From Octopus bimaculoides (lineage: Eukaryota): DNA of 64,000 nt. The stretch lies in contig NC_068983.1 of the NCBI RefSeq assembly GCF_001194135.2, forward strand, positions 141,942,186-142,006,185, read 5' to 3'. Below are positions 1-12,918 of the stretch, piece by piece (the stretch's first letter is position 1; each line of letters starts with the position of its first letter). A model generated the notes under the pieces. That model saw only the letters and a program-made list of their open reading frames with translations, was not told where the DNA came from and made no database searches. Made by a program: the position numbers and the translations under genes.

Positions 1-320
1 TGTGTTTACCCATTTCATTCTGTACTCTCTTTCTAGGCTTTCTGCCGCTTACTTGTCCCCCTCCCTACCAACTGCTTTCACTATCACTTGTCCCTCTCTC
101 TCGCCCCTCTCCCTCTGTTGCTTATCCACCCTATCCCTCCCTCAGTTCCCCCATTCGCTTTCTCTTATTCCCCCCCTATTCACTCACTGTCTCTTATTTC
201 CCTATATTTGCTTTCTCTTATTTCCCCTCGTTTGTTTCCACTCTCTTTCTCTCATTTGTTTTCCTTCTCTCTCTCTCTCTCCCTTTCATTTATTTGTTCT
301 TTCTTCCCCTCCCTATCAAA
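1..320. repeat. Pyrimidine-rich (CT) low-complexity tract
   Basis: Mostly C/T on the + strand with (CT)n runs. The F/L/S/P-rich ORFs here reflect composition only. Confidence 0.8.
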
Positions 321-902
321 CAATCAGAAAAATACTAGCGGGCCAGGTGGCTCCATGTTGAGTGAGTGAATGAATGTATGGTTGTCTACTGCAAACTGAT
401 ACATCACCTCACAACCACAGAGAATTCTTCACACCACTCCCCTTCTATCGTTTCTAACTTTTACCATTAAAGGAACTATGCTCCAATCTCTGAAAAGCTG
501 CTGCTGTTTGGCTGAATGGAATAATAGTAGACTCACCTACCCATGCTGGAAACAGGGTGGTGGTGACATTTTGGAGCCTAAGGCTAAAATAGCTTTTACA
601 GCATAGAAGGTAATGGAGGGGTAGTTAGAGGTGTATATACAAAGAATGGAGTTGTTAGGAAATGGAATAAAAAAAAAACATTCTTGAATAAATGTTTAGT
701 TCCATTTCTGTATAGATCAGCAGACCTATGTTCAAAAACATTGCAGTTGTGTCCATCCCATCTTTCATTTAGGTTTATTTAGAATGCGGGTTAGAGATTT
801 GGTTGTTATTTCTAGCAGGTTGAGTTACCATCAGGAGAGGTTCTGTCTTAACGTGCTTGAATGTATACTGGTAGTGGGTGAGAGTTATTAAATGATTTCA
901 AT

Positions 903-1136
903 CAATGGTTCTCAACCAGGGTTTATATGACCCATTGGGGTCCATATGAGATATAAAAATTTATGTCATCAAATTGGTTATACTTCAACAATACACAATA
1001 TTTTAACAATTTTTGTATAGAATTCCTAATAAAATTACACGAATATAGTAAGATTTTTTTAAACATAGAATGGCTGAGAGTAACATGAAAGAAATAAGAT
1101 TCAAAGGTGTCTATAGGTAAAAACTGAGAACCACTG
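903..1136. mobile_element. hAT (Charlie-like) MITE
   Basis: Ends are CAATGGTTCTCAACC (903) and TGAGAACCACTG (to 1136), an imperfect inverted pair of the CAGTGGTTCTCA hAT type. The 8-bp TSD is not cleanly preserved. Confidence 0.6.
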
Positions 1137-1199
1137 ATATAGATGCAAAGTCTTTTTTTTTCATTTTTAGTAAAAGTTAACTTCTGTAAACCATATTTA

Positions 1200-2084
1200 C
1201 GAGGTGGTATCAAAAGGTTTCCTGGACTAGTTGGGTAAATAATTTATTTTTGTATTAAACATAAATTTTAACATTTCTTTTGAAATAGCCACCTTGCACA
1301 AAAATTTACCAGTCCCAGCATTCCTACCACTTTTGGTATCCAGCCTAGAAGTTGTTGGTAAGCAAATCGAGGACCTTTCATGATTTGCTCTTGATCTTGA
1401 CAACAGTGTTGAAACTGACTTTTGAGCTGCATTTTCATCTTGGGGAAGAGATGGAAGTTCACAAGTGCTACATCTGATGAATAGGACAGATGTGGAAGTG
1501 ATACCATGTTGTTTTAGATGAGAAACTCACAAGTAAGGAGTTTGTGACAGGGTGCATTGTTGCTGTGAAGAATCCAATTCTCTGCACTTCAGATTCTTTC
1601 ACTTTAACCAAATGTCCTCCCTCAAATGCTTCAAAATATCATTGATTGTCCTCCAGGCACAAGCTGATGACTTTTCTCCACATTTTCCAAGGGTGATGCT
1701 CATGGTAGGTTTTCCAGATTACTTATCTTCCAGGGACATTCTTCTGCTTTTGAAGTGCCCATGCCACTTGAAACATCACATATAACCCATTGCTTCATCT
1801 CTGTAAGTTTGCCAAACATTCTCAATGTCTCTATAGCAGACTTTCCAAGTTGGATGCAAAATTTCACATTGGCTCTTTGCTCCAACTTCCTGTCCATGAC
1901 AGAAATTGCAGACTACAGTATACACATGATCACAAAAACACAAATTTCACAAGTAAACACAGCGATGTCACTTGGCACACTGCATAATGAAAATCACTGC
2001 TAGCTTCCACTGTATACACAACCATGTGCTGCAATCTGTTAGCACACTACAGAACTAGTCCAGGAACTTTTTGATACCAGCTTA
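1200..2084 (-). mobile_element. Internally deleted mariner transposon (non-autonomous)
   Basis: About 33-bp TIRs (CGAGGTGGTATCAAAAGGTTTCCTGGACTAGTT and AACTAGTCCAGGAACTTTTTGATACCAGCTTA) with TA on both sides. The minus strand encodes the mariner N-terminal HTH (EQRANVKFCIQLGKSAIETL) joined to C-terminal DDD remnants (NWILHSNNAPCH; LPHLSYSSDVALVNFHLFPKMK). The WVPH/first-Asp region is absent. Confidence 0.9.
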
Positions 2085-2564
2085 TATTATGAAGATTCAT
2101 TATAATGGCTTCCAAGATATTTTTCAGGCTCTTTTGGGAGGATTTGAACTCAGCACTTTGAGTTAACAAACATTTAATGTTGCCATACTCTTGTTGACCA
2201 CAGCACTGCTCTCTACAGTCTGAATTTACAATTAGATGGTCGAGACCTTTGAATTCATCAAGTGTCTTAAGGCCTATTTTGTTTCATATCATTTGAATTA
2301 ACACCATTATAAAAATCATTAATTCTTCCTAATGGATTTAATTAATGAGGAGTCATAAAATGTTACCTTGAATATCCACTGAGAAGTTGTGCAATTTGCA
2401 TTCAGAATCAATAGCTGGCTGGTGTACAAATTAAGAACTGAAGTACTTAATTTACAAAGAAAATTGGTTTCAAATTGTTATATATATGAAATCAGTGTCC
2501 TTCAATTGGCAAATGTGTAATTTACGTCCAGTCAAGAGACCTCGTGGCTGGGCTATATAGTATA

Positions 2565-2694
2565 CTTTATATGGAAAGATTAAAACTGCTAGGTTACAAC
2601 TGCAGACTTTGAGCCTCCAACAAAGAGACATTTCCCAAACAATATATATTAAAAAAAAAGACATTTAAGGAAAGAATCTCACAGCTAAGAATAG
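2565..2694 (+). promoter_or_regulatory. Candidate muscle-type promoter elements (CArG-like and MEF2-like)
   Basis: CTTTATATGG at 2565-2574 is one mismatch from CC(A/T)6GG. CTAAGAATAG at 2685-2694 is one mismatch from CTA(A/T)4TAG. Both lie just upstream of the candidate ATG exon. Such motifs are frequent by chance in AT-rich DNA. Confidence 0.25.
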
Positions 2695-2769
2695 TTTTTT
2701 CTAGTTAAAACAAATACATAATCTTCTAGAGAAGCTGTTTGCCATCTCCTTTTTGCTTTTAAAAAAATA

Positions 2770-2791
2770 ATGCCCGGTCATCCCAGAATAT
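2770..2791 (+). CDS. Candidate alternative first coding exon (MPGHPRI), phase-1 donor
   Basis: aaataATG has A at -3. It reads ATG CCC GGT CAT CCC AGA ATA T, then a consensus donor GTGAGT at 2792. Phase 1 joins in frame to exon 6025 (MPGHPRIFPPPLKQK...). Confidence 0.45.
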
Positions 2792-4789
2792 GTGAGTACT
2801 AACATACTTAAATGAGCAAAAACTTTCAATTAAAATTACCTTTACAATGAGGAAGGGAAACATAATCCCAGTGACTAATATTAATCATTTATTTTAAGTT
2901 CTGATTTAAGGAAGTAGTAACTTGTTTTTGCTCGTTTATTTTTATGGGAATAATTTCATGGGAAATGTTTTTGTTTGCAACTAAATTCCATATTTCAAGT
3001 TGTTTCTCATATTACTTCAATAATTAGTTTCTGATAAAAAGTTGAATGAAAGGCCATGAAGGAAGAAGGAAAAGTATTGCTTTATTTTTAACGAGGTGCA
3101 GTGGCAATGAATTTTTAAATATAATCTCGTACTCTTAGCTGCAAATTACAATTTGCTACTCTGCTTTGCTTATGCATCCATTGTTAACTCTTGAGAATTG
3201 ACCCAATTGACTTAATCTACAGAAAAGTGTTTAGAGTGAATCTACTTAAATGTTCTTTTCTGTTGACTATTCATACAAATGTTGTGAAGGCTAATTGTGA
3301 TTTAGTCAGTAAAACAGCTTAAGATAAAATTTATAAAAAAATACATATAAAATGTGCAGCATTTAAATTTGAATAACAATTATAAACTGGGGACAAATTC
3401 CTTTCCAGTCAATATTGAGGCCGTGTGTGTGACAGACACATCTATGAAAGTAATGTGTACCATCACACACATTTTAGAGTTTTGCTAAGTATTCGGTGGT
3501 ATTGTATTCAATTGAACATCTATTTGGTATTGTATTTAGTTGAACATCTATTTCGGCATGCATATTTATCATTGGTTCTTCTAATGTCATATAAAATACA
3601 GTCCATTGTTTCTTCTTTATAGGAGATAAGCTAATCCACAAGAACTCTTATTGGTTTGCATTTTGCTTCAAGTTCTTTTTTAATTTGTTAACTCTGATCA
3701 ATTTTGTTGCATTCGCTACCCCAATCCCACCCAACATGCTGAGTTATAACTTTAATATTTTTTAAAACTTTTATACCAATAGGAAACTTTCTACAACAAA
3801 TTTCATATGTATTGATTACAGATTCAATATTACTCAGTTGCAGAAAATAAAAATGTTCTGGGAAATGTTCTCTGCAATTGATTAACATTGATTTTGGGGG
3901 TTGTAGAAGGGTGTCAGTGATTTGTTTCCTAACGTATCATATTCTACAGGACCTGAAGTAAATCGGCTGCCTTATACTTTTGGTCCTTATGTAATGATAA
4001 ACTGACTAGATTTTTCAAACACCCAAAGTTAAAATCTATTGAAATGGGTTTAATTCAAAGTCCATCTCAACTTTTAATCCTGCATGTTGGGTTTTATCAA
4101 ACTTTACGCTTATGTTTCGCTTTATTTGTGAAGATTTCTTTTATTTTCATAGACATTTATATTGTTTTTGGTTAATGCTTGTTTCTTTGTTTTTTGTACC
4201 TTCAATTTGAGCAATCTGTATTTGTTTAGAATGTTTTTCAAAAACAGTATGTGATTAACAAATATATATTATTCTTGTTATTCTTGGATATTTTATATTG
4301 AAATTGTTATATAATTTGTAATGATTTAAGTGAAATGCTCAGAAAATTAAGGGAATATACTAAATAGGATTTATTTTTAGAAAAGATTAAAACATTTTTT
4401 TTATTTTAATGTAAGCATTTAAAAATTTTTTTCTTTTTCATTCTTTTTCTTTTCTTTTTTCTCTCTCTCTCTCTCTCTCATGCATTCACTATTTTTTTTT
4501 TGTCCATTCAATAGATAGAAGCCTCAGATTAGTAACTTGAACTAAATTCAGTTTATTTCAATCAAATATCACTGCAATTTTAGAAGTGTCTAACCTTTAA
4601 TGAACATATTTGCTATTGCTGCACTTATTGTTTTTATAATTGATCTTATTGTTTTATTTATTGTTGCATTATTGTTTTTTGTTTATTTTATTTATTTATC
4701 ATTTTTTAATTATAGTTATTCTACAATGCAAATAACAAAAACCTGTTATTTTAATTTTTAAATCTGTGTGTGTGTGTTGTATCCTATAA

Positions 4790-5076
4790 TAAATGACAGC
4801 TAAGGGTCTATACAATGCCTTGCTGAACAACCTGCACAGATGACTTATTTATAATGATTGACTGCCTGTACTGTACTTGAACTCCGTCCCTTCCTCCATC
4901 AAAACAGCATTGACCTCACTGGAGCAAGATGTGCCACACGTTAGATACTGCAATGATTGCAGAGCAACATCAAATGAAGTGCTTTGCTCAAGAACACAAT
5001 GTGTTGCCCAGTCCAGGCATCCTCATCACGAACTTGTGATCATGAGTACAACACCGTAATCACTTGGACATGTGCC
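4790..5076 (-). mobile_element. tRNA-derived SINE (CORE-like), decayed
   Basis: The reverse complement begins GGCACATGTCCAAGTGATTACGG (A-box-like) and contains TGTGTTCTTGAGCAAAGCACTT (CORE-like block). Confidence 0.6.
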
Positions 5077-6024
5077 CTTACATGTGTGTGTGTGTGTGTG
5101 TGTGTCTGTTTACCCATCTCCCACAATATTAAGCTGCATTAAACAATTTGGTTCAATGGGTGAAGGTTTAGCATATTTATATCATATTTGCTCTTTCTTT
5201 TAATTTTTGTTAATTGCTACTGTCTGGATTTCATTTTGTTAGTTTCCCGCCTACCTAATTCTGTCAGAAAATGTTACCCTTAAGGCAGACATTGCCTGGG
5301 GATATTCTTATTTCAGTATTTCAGCTTCTTTACGTTGTGAGAAGCATAAAGTAGAAATAGTTTCAAGTCTTTTGAATCTGGGGACAACTATTTCACTTTG
5401 GTTGCTAATGTTCTTGAGGAAGCTATTTCTCTATTTCTGTAGATCCAAAGTAGTATGCACTAGATTGTTATCAGCCCTAACTGAGCAGACTTATGATCAA
5501 AAGAATTCTAGCCCTGATCATCCATTCTTTTTAATGATGTCCAAAATGCTGGTGAGATTTAGTTTCCCTTCCCCCTCCATTTCTTTTTAAAATATAATTT
5601 AGTCAAAGGAGGAGAGGTTAGAATCCATGACCGATTTGCTTGCACATCATCACAGATACGACTAATGTAATTGATACCTAGCCTGAACAACTACTGGTCA
5701 ATGACTGCAGGAAAAACACAGAAAGTATAAGATGACATTAAATCTGGAAACTTCACTGTGTCACAGTACCTCAACCCCATAGGCCACTTTTTACTAGATA
5801 TTTTATTTTGTTTTATATTTTTTTTCAATTTTTATTTATTTATTTATTTTTTTATTTTTTGTCATGCACATAACCATATTGCTCATGCTGGAGCACCACT
5901 GTACAGTACCAACACCTCAGGTGTCTGAATGTTTTGTTTTGTTTTGTTTTTTTGTCTTACATATATGCTTTAGTTTCTGGTAGGATCAGTATATTCTCAT
6001 TCTTTTTCTTTTCTTCTTTACCAG

Positions 6025-6117
6025 TTCCTCCTCCCTTAAAACAAAAACCTCCACCACCACCACCACCAAAGCCTGTAAGGTGTCCCCCTACGGCTGAACC
6101 TACTGATGATGTCTCAG
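6025..6117 (+). CDS. Coding exon E1, proline-rich: (V/F)PPPLKQKPPPPPPPKPVRCPPTAEPTDDVS
   Basis: Long polypyrimidine tract plus CCAG acceptor and GTATCT donor. 93 nt, phase 1-1, in frame with the downstream exons. Confidence 0.8.
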
Positions 6118-6499
6118 GTATCTTATAGTAGTAGCAGTAGTAGTACAAGCTAGTGTTTTTCCTCTTACACATACAATCTACTCCCTATATTTGAGACTGA
6201 ATGGGAGTGAAAATAACAAATAGTAAACAATACCATTTTACACAAGCACACACACACACACACACACACCAAGTCAAACAGCAATTTATTGTACTGCTTC
6301 TGGTTTCTTAGTATTCTTTGATATTTTTATTCCTCTTCCTTTCTTGACTTTTTTCCTTACCCTATCCTCACATCAACCCCCATCTCTAGTAGAAGTAGTG
6401 TTTGCTGTGTCTGTTGTTCCAGGCTCATTGTTTTCTGATCTCAAAAAATAGTATTTTCTGCTTTGGTCCTCCTTGCTTTCATCAATGTTTATATATATA

Positions 6500-6502
<3 letters not shown>

Positions 6503-6558
<56 letters not shown>
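6503..6558. repeat. (TA)n microsatellite
   Basis: Perfect dinucleotide run. Confidence 0.95.
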
Positions 6559-6561
<3 letters not shown>

Positions 6562-8934
6562 GGCGTGTGTTGTGTATATAATGTGTAGTTCTTTTTTCAT
6601 GTGTATTGCTTCTGTTTATCTTTTAATAATTTGATACCAACTTCTGAACCTGTCTCTGCTGACAGGTAATTTATTCCCCAACCCTTTTTTATTGTTTTGT
6701 TGTTGTTTTTTTTTTTTGTTTTGTTTTTTCCATCTTTTGGCTACTTTATTAAAGTGCCAATGATTCTGCTAAATTTCTGCAATAGGATTTCTAACTGAAA
6801 ATGGGGCATACAAAAAAATATGTATATCACAAAAACCAGCATTGTGTTTAACTAATAAACATTTCTCCCTTCTGCTTGTTATACTAGAAAAAAAAAATGA
6901 TTTCAGAAATTTAGATATTTTACATAATTTTAGTCATAGAATTAATTTCTCTATTCAAAAAAGAAAAGCAAAATGTATCTCCTGAATTTGTAACAAGCCA
7001 ATTTCTGGCTCACAATATTCCAATGGCAAAAATGTTAAGCTATTTCTGCACTTAGCCTTTGAAAGTTTGTATTGCAACAGCTGATATGTTGGGAATATTT
7101 CATATTGTGTGTGTATGTGACTGGGAAGAAATATCATTACTTAGTTGTTTTTTTTTTTGCGAAGCTTTTGACTCACTTTTCTTATTTGAGAAGGGAATGA
7201 ATGTGACAAAATGGAATATTTTGTGAATTTGTTGCATAATACCTCAAACTCTATTACTGTTGTTGTAAATACAATGTCTAAATTTGATAGATTCTATAAA
7301 CAGAATTTCCAGTCTCATTTGAGACTTCTCAATTGAGAATATCTTTAAAGATGTAATTTCCATTACTGATTTTAACAACTTCATTACTCTTTTGGAAAGG
7401 CGTGTGTCACACCTTTCTGCTGTTCAGTTCAACAATTCTGAACTTTGTAAAAGCCAAAACTCAGTTGATTACAATTATCCTCTCAGAATCAATAGTACAA
7501 AGTACCTTTCAAGCATTTGGGTTGACTTAGACAGTTTCCCTCCTTCACATTTGAGGACTTGCAGGGAAAGAATCTATACATATCACCTAAATACATTATA
7601 TCACTTATCTTTGTGTTACATTGTTTCAAATCCCAGTTATGTTATTTTTACATTTAAACTGATAGGGTGAGTAATATAAAAAGTATCGTACAAAAACCGA
7701 CTTTGTGTTTAGTCAACAAAAAGTATTAAGATATCAAAAATATTAAATACTTTGATACCCTTGTTACAAACTATTTACATATATGGTGCAGAATGAGATA
7801 TAATTGCTGTTATGATGGAATTATATATTTGATAGTCTTCTTCCCTTTTACCCCTACCATCACTCTTACCTAATGTTTTGCTGTTTGTTTCGCACAACCT
7901 CATATTAATTTTAATGTAACTAGAGATGATGATCAGAGAGATTTACAGCTTGAATGTTGATTTCTTGTTACTTGATGCTATTTTCAGTCCTGCCCTCTCT
8001 TTTCTATATTTCAATATTGATATTAGTACATTAGTGTGGGAGTCTACAAAGGTCAAGTTTTGCTGAGACACCAACTATTACCATTACTATGTACAAGAGT
8101 ATAGTGTTGGTACAGTTATGATGGTAAGCATAGTAATATTAATGTTGAAGCATATTCTGGTTCTTTAATGTTTTAGCTATCTTGGCTGAAGCCATGCTGT
8201 CATTCTATGTAAAATGAAGTAGAAGAAAAATTGTAATAGACATATTATAGTGGATTATACTATGTCTAAGAAATGTTTTTATGAGGTGAGGAAAATGTGC
8301 ATTAATGTTGAATATAGTTATGAGATTGGAGTGAAATCATTTAGTAGCAGGTCATTCCTGACTAATCAGATCTATAACTGAATGCATAATTATGGCTTTC
8401 CAGCTTTATCCCTATGTCTGAAAGGTATCAAGATGATTAATGTTGCACTAGATTCACTATAAAGGTCAATGTTAGCTGGAAAAGTGCTTGTAAAGGTGCT
8501 CAAAGATCATGTGTAATACATTTATTACTATTTAAGGATTGGGTGGTAGTGTTAAGTTTATGATCTCAAAGAGAATAATTGATTGGTACTGGTTATAATG
8601 AAAATTACTGGAAAATCTGTGATAATATGTTGAAGTATTAACACACTTCAACACAATCCAAATCTGTAATTTTTTTTTTCTTCCTTTACAATGTTTGTTA
8701 AAAAGATTTACTTTGGTATTTATTACATTTAAGACTATCAGCTCAATATGTTGATGCTTTTGCTTTTCCATAATTACCTCTACAATTTTTAGACTTATTT
8801 TGTGTTTTATTTAGGTGGAGGAAAAGCTTGCGCTTTCTAGCTTTGTTCCATATTTTGTTTTTGCTGTCTATCTCTCATTCAGTCTTCACCTCATTTTTTT
8901 CTAACCTCTTCATATCGTGTATCATATTCTACAG

Positions 8935-8990
8935 TACCATTAGCATCTACATACACACCCATATTATCTACCACCAAATCATACGTGTAA
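8935..8990 (+). CDS. Candidate alternative terminal exon VPLASTYTPILSTTKSYV*
   Basis: CTAAC branch-like site at 8901, acceptor TATCATATTCTACAG, phase-1 reading open to TAA at 8988-8990, AATAAA at 9103-9108. Confidence 0.35.
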
Positions 8991-10440
8991 CACTTATATA
9001 ATGCAGTAGAGGTGGCTATATTGCATATTCCTTCTGTGTACCCTGAATATCCGCATTGCATACATACTAGAAAATATACTCAGAAAGCATCTTGCTATTT
9101 AAAATAAAAGCATTCATATGTATAACTTTGTATCTTACCAGAACATATATGCCAAGACCATTCCACACTGATATGCTTCATTGAGCTTAAGCACTTAATA
9201 CTTTTCAGTTATAAACTTCAGTCAATGTCAAGCCACACCACTTACTAACTCCTATTTCAATTAACATTTCTCCAGATAATTCTACACCAATCATTTTTAT
9301 TTTACCATTATATACCAGATCATTCCAGTCAGTAATATTCCATTTCAGACTGCACTCAGCCACCATATTTCCAGACTATTTGCTTTTATTCCTACACTAC
9401 TTAACACCAGCCATTTCAAACTGTATTACTCCAGACCACTGTGGGCTGTTTTCCTTAACTCCCATATACATACATGAGACATGACACCACAATACACTCC
9501 AACTAGTTCATTTCTAAACATTCCCTGGTGATGTGAATGGGAGGTCTAATGGGCGACTTAAACATAAGTAATCCTTTTCCTCCTGCAGATTAATTTGCCA
9601 TGATTTTGCATGGGTGTCAGTTTCTGCTTAAAGCAATTTGTGTGGATTTTTAAAGCTTTTTTAAAACTGTATTCTTAGAGTCTGGGACTACCTACCTTCC
9701 TTGCCCTTTAACTCCTTTATACCAATTCTGTCAAACAAGGTTGTGATTGTACATTCTTTTTGCCTTTATTGAGGCATTTCATAATGATTGCTTAAACAGT
9801 TTCTAAAAACCCAACACTCATGTAATTTAAGCCTTATACTAGAAGTAGTTGTCTTTAGGATTTTTGTTTTCTATTGTCACTTGACAATTTTTCATTTCTT
9901 TTATAGTCATGCTGTTTTGTTTTGACTGTTTTATTTTGAAACAGCTTTATTTTTCGCTGTTGTCAGTTAATTTTTTATTTTACTTCATTTAAAGTTAATG
10001 AAGCAATTAGTTATGATTAAAAGCTTTTGACTCTATAGTCATGAGTTCAAACCCTACTACTTATCCATTATTGCAAGTTTCAGTTTACCTGGATGATAAA
10101 CCTGTTTCCCCTCATAACTTATAAGTTAGGTGGCTAGAGGTCAGAAGGGTGTCCTGTTTTGAAAATAATGTTGTAATGACTATATATGTAAATATTAGCA
10201 TCCATCAGCAGATGAGTGTTTAATGCTAAGACGCACCTTACCCACATTTGAATACCCAAGGGAGATGACTTTAATATTGCCTAGGCAAAATTCAGTCACT
10301 GGCTGTTTTTGTGAAGGTATAGCAAGAGGCTAAATTTCTTGAACCTAGTCTCATCACATCAGAATAGCCTTTTCAGTTTTCACTTTTGCTCCCTGACATG
10401 TCAACTTCTGTAGCCTCTTCATTCATTTGGAGAAATAAGA

Positions 10441-10491
<51 letters not shown>
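10441..10491. repeat. (CA)n microsatellite
   Basis: Near-perfect dinucleotide run. Confidence 0.95.
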
Positions 10492-10494
<3 letters not shown>

Positions 10495-11385
10495 TTGTGA
10501 TATTATGCTTTGGTAGCAAACTTGATTTAATCAGTACCACCATAACCTTCACACTCATCATGATTTTTCTTTAATTCCCTCACTTGTATCATATAATATC
10601 ACACCATACATACAACATTGAAACAACTTGTTACTTTATATGGGTGTTACTGCGATAGGATTTTTGAAATTCTAAGTTATAGTTCTTTGGTTTTTATGAG
10701 TCTATATTTTTATCACCAGTTACCACTTAGATTAATTTAGATCGTTTTTTGTGGCAAGTGGAGATCACTATTAGCACATTATATTGCTTAGTATTTCATT
10801 AACTCTTTAATGCTATAAATTCAATTTGTATTGTACAGTTAATTGCAATCAATAAATATTTTGTATTGTATAATTTGCTCTTGTTTTTGAGACATTATAT
10901 TAATTGGCTAAACTAATTTTAGCTCACCATTACCAAAAAACTCAAGCATTTTTATACAAAACTTTGTATCTCAATTTTTGTCATAAACCTTATACCACTT
11001 CCTATATAGTTTTCATGACCAATATAAAATGTTTTTAATTTTTAGATGCTCTCTGATCATATTTCATTTTACTAGATTCTTTAAATACTTAATCCCTTAT
11101 GATAAGCCACTTGTTGATTTCTAGAAATATATTTGAATTCCTTCAGAATTTTTTTCACCTACCATATAGTGTTTGTTTTTCACTGCTCTAAAAATCATTT
11201 GTTTATATATTGGGTTTCTATGGTCTGTGATAAAAGCACTTCAACAAAGATATTAATAAACTAATTGCCAGATTGAAATATTGGGGTTGATCTGATCAGC
11301 TAAACTCATGAAAGCAGTACTCTAATATAGTCACAGTCCAATGACTGAAACCTCTTCTAAAAGATTGTCAGTTTGCTTCTTTTAA

Positions 11386-11582
11386 CCCTTTAGCATTCAA
11401 ATTATTCTGTCAAATGGAATGCTTATTTATTCACATTGTTTGAATTTATCATATACTATCTTGTGGCTTTGAGATTTCAATTTTGTATATTTTTAGAATG
11501 ATTGTAGAGAGGCCAGATCTGACTGGTTTTAATACGAAACAGAATATTTGGACTGGATATGGCCAGTTTAAATGCTAAAGGG
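11386..11582. mobile_element. piggyBac-type MITE
   Basis: TTAA|CCCTTTAGCATTCAAA ... TTTAAATGCTAAAGGG|TTAA. 16-bp TIRs with one mismatch, CCC/GGG ends and an intact TTAA TSD. Confidence 0.85.
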
Positions 11583-12918
11583 TTAAAGTGTTAATTCTCA
11601 TTGAATACTTGCATGCATTTTTCTATTTATTTTTTTTATTTCCTGCATCAGTTTTACCTTTATTTTTTATGTATTTTTAAAGTTTGTCTATTTCTTCTTG
11701 TTTAAGAAATCATTCTTACAGGGATGTTTCCTGTTTTTCACTGTTTTCTATATTACCATGAATGGTATTGTATGCTATAGGTTCTGATTTTGTTGGAGAA
11801 ATTGTTGTCTTTTTCTTTTATTTAAGTTGGATGCACTTAACATTTAGCACCTATCTGAAACTGATGTGAAACTTTTCTAACAGGCAATGTGCCTTGCTAC
11901 AAGATGGAACACAGGGCATAGTAAGATTTAAACTCCTGTCTGTATTCATATTCTACTAAAATGTACACGATGTGTTTCTTAGTTCCTAGAGTTGAGAAGG
12001 CTCCTGGCAAGCGGAATTAACTGCATTTTAATTTCAGAGCATTATCAACATTCTCTCAAGAAAATCGTAATTATCTTAAAATATCTTTTGTGTATATAGA
12101 AATGGAAATTTATTTTTTAAAAACTGTAGACTGGGTAAGTTGGTACAATCCGTGAAGATCTTTTTGTTTGCATTTGTTAGCGTTGTACTACACATTTCAT
12201 AGTTTTGTAGTTGATTCTGACTTTTAATTTTCTTAGTCAATTGCTTAGCTTTATAGTAATGTTAGAAACTATTATTAAGGTAATGGGTGGCAGACTTGGT
12301 CAATAGTGATGAACAAAATTCCCTGGTGTATTTAATTACCTCTAGCTTCAAACTTCACTTTATATCTGGGTTTCATACTTTTGTCATTGATAAAAGAAGT
12401 TTTGATCTAATTAACTATAATCACTGATCAAAATGGAACAGAAATCCTAATTATTATTGCAAGTCTATTAGGTACCAGAATTAGTGTTGGAAAAATATAT
12501 GCCTTGAGTTTGTCATCAAAATCAGCTTTGCGTTTTATCCTTCCGAGATTGATTTAATCAAAAATACTTCTCACATAAAACGCATGGCCTTTTGATTATT
12601 ATATGTGAGAGGAGCTATAAAGTTGTGTAATATTTGAGGTACATTCAATTAAGTATACTCCTCTCTTACAAATGTAGTCTGGTGCTACTAAATAAGAATC
12701 ATTTATTATATAGGATTAAAAATCTTGCTTACAGCATTTCGTTTTATCTTTACTACTTCAATCTTATTAGTAGCTGATCCATTGATAAAATAGCTTATGG
12801 TAATATACTAGTGTTGAGTCAATTGATGATAGCCCTTTCGTCCTCCTTAAAGTGCCTTTTTACTGAGTGAAAACAAGTTCTTATGGGTGATATTAATGAT
12901 TTATACCGTTTTCTTTAG

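Noticed and set aside
2-369. 119-aa and 93-aa ORFs
   Set aside because: Products of CT-rich low-complexity sequence, as are the many YIYI, CVCV and HTHT ORFs elsewhere.
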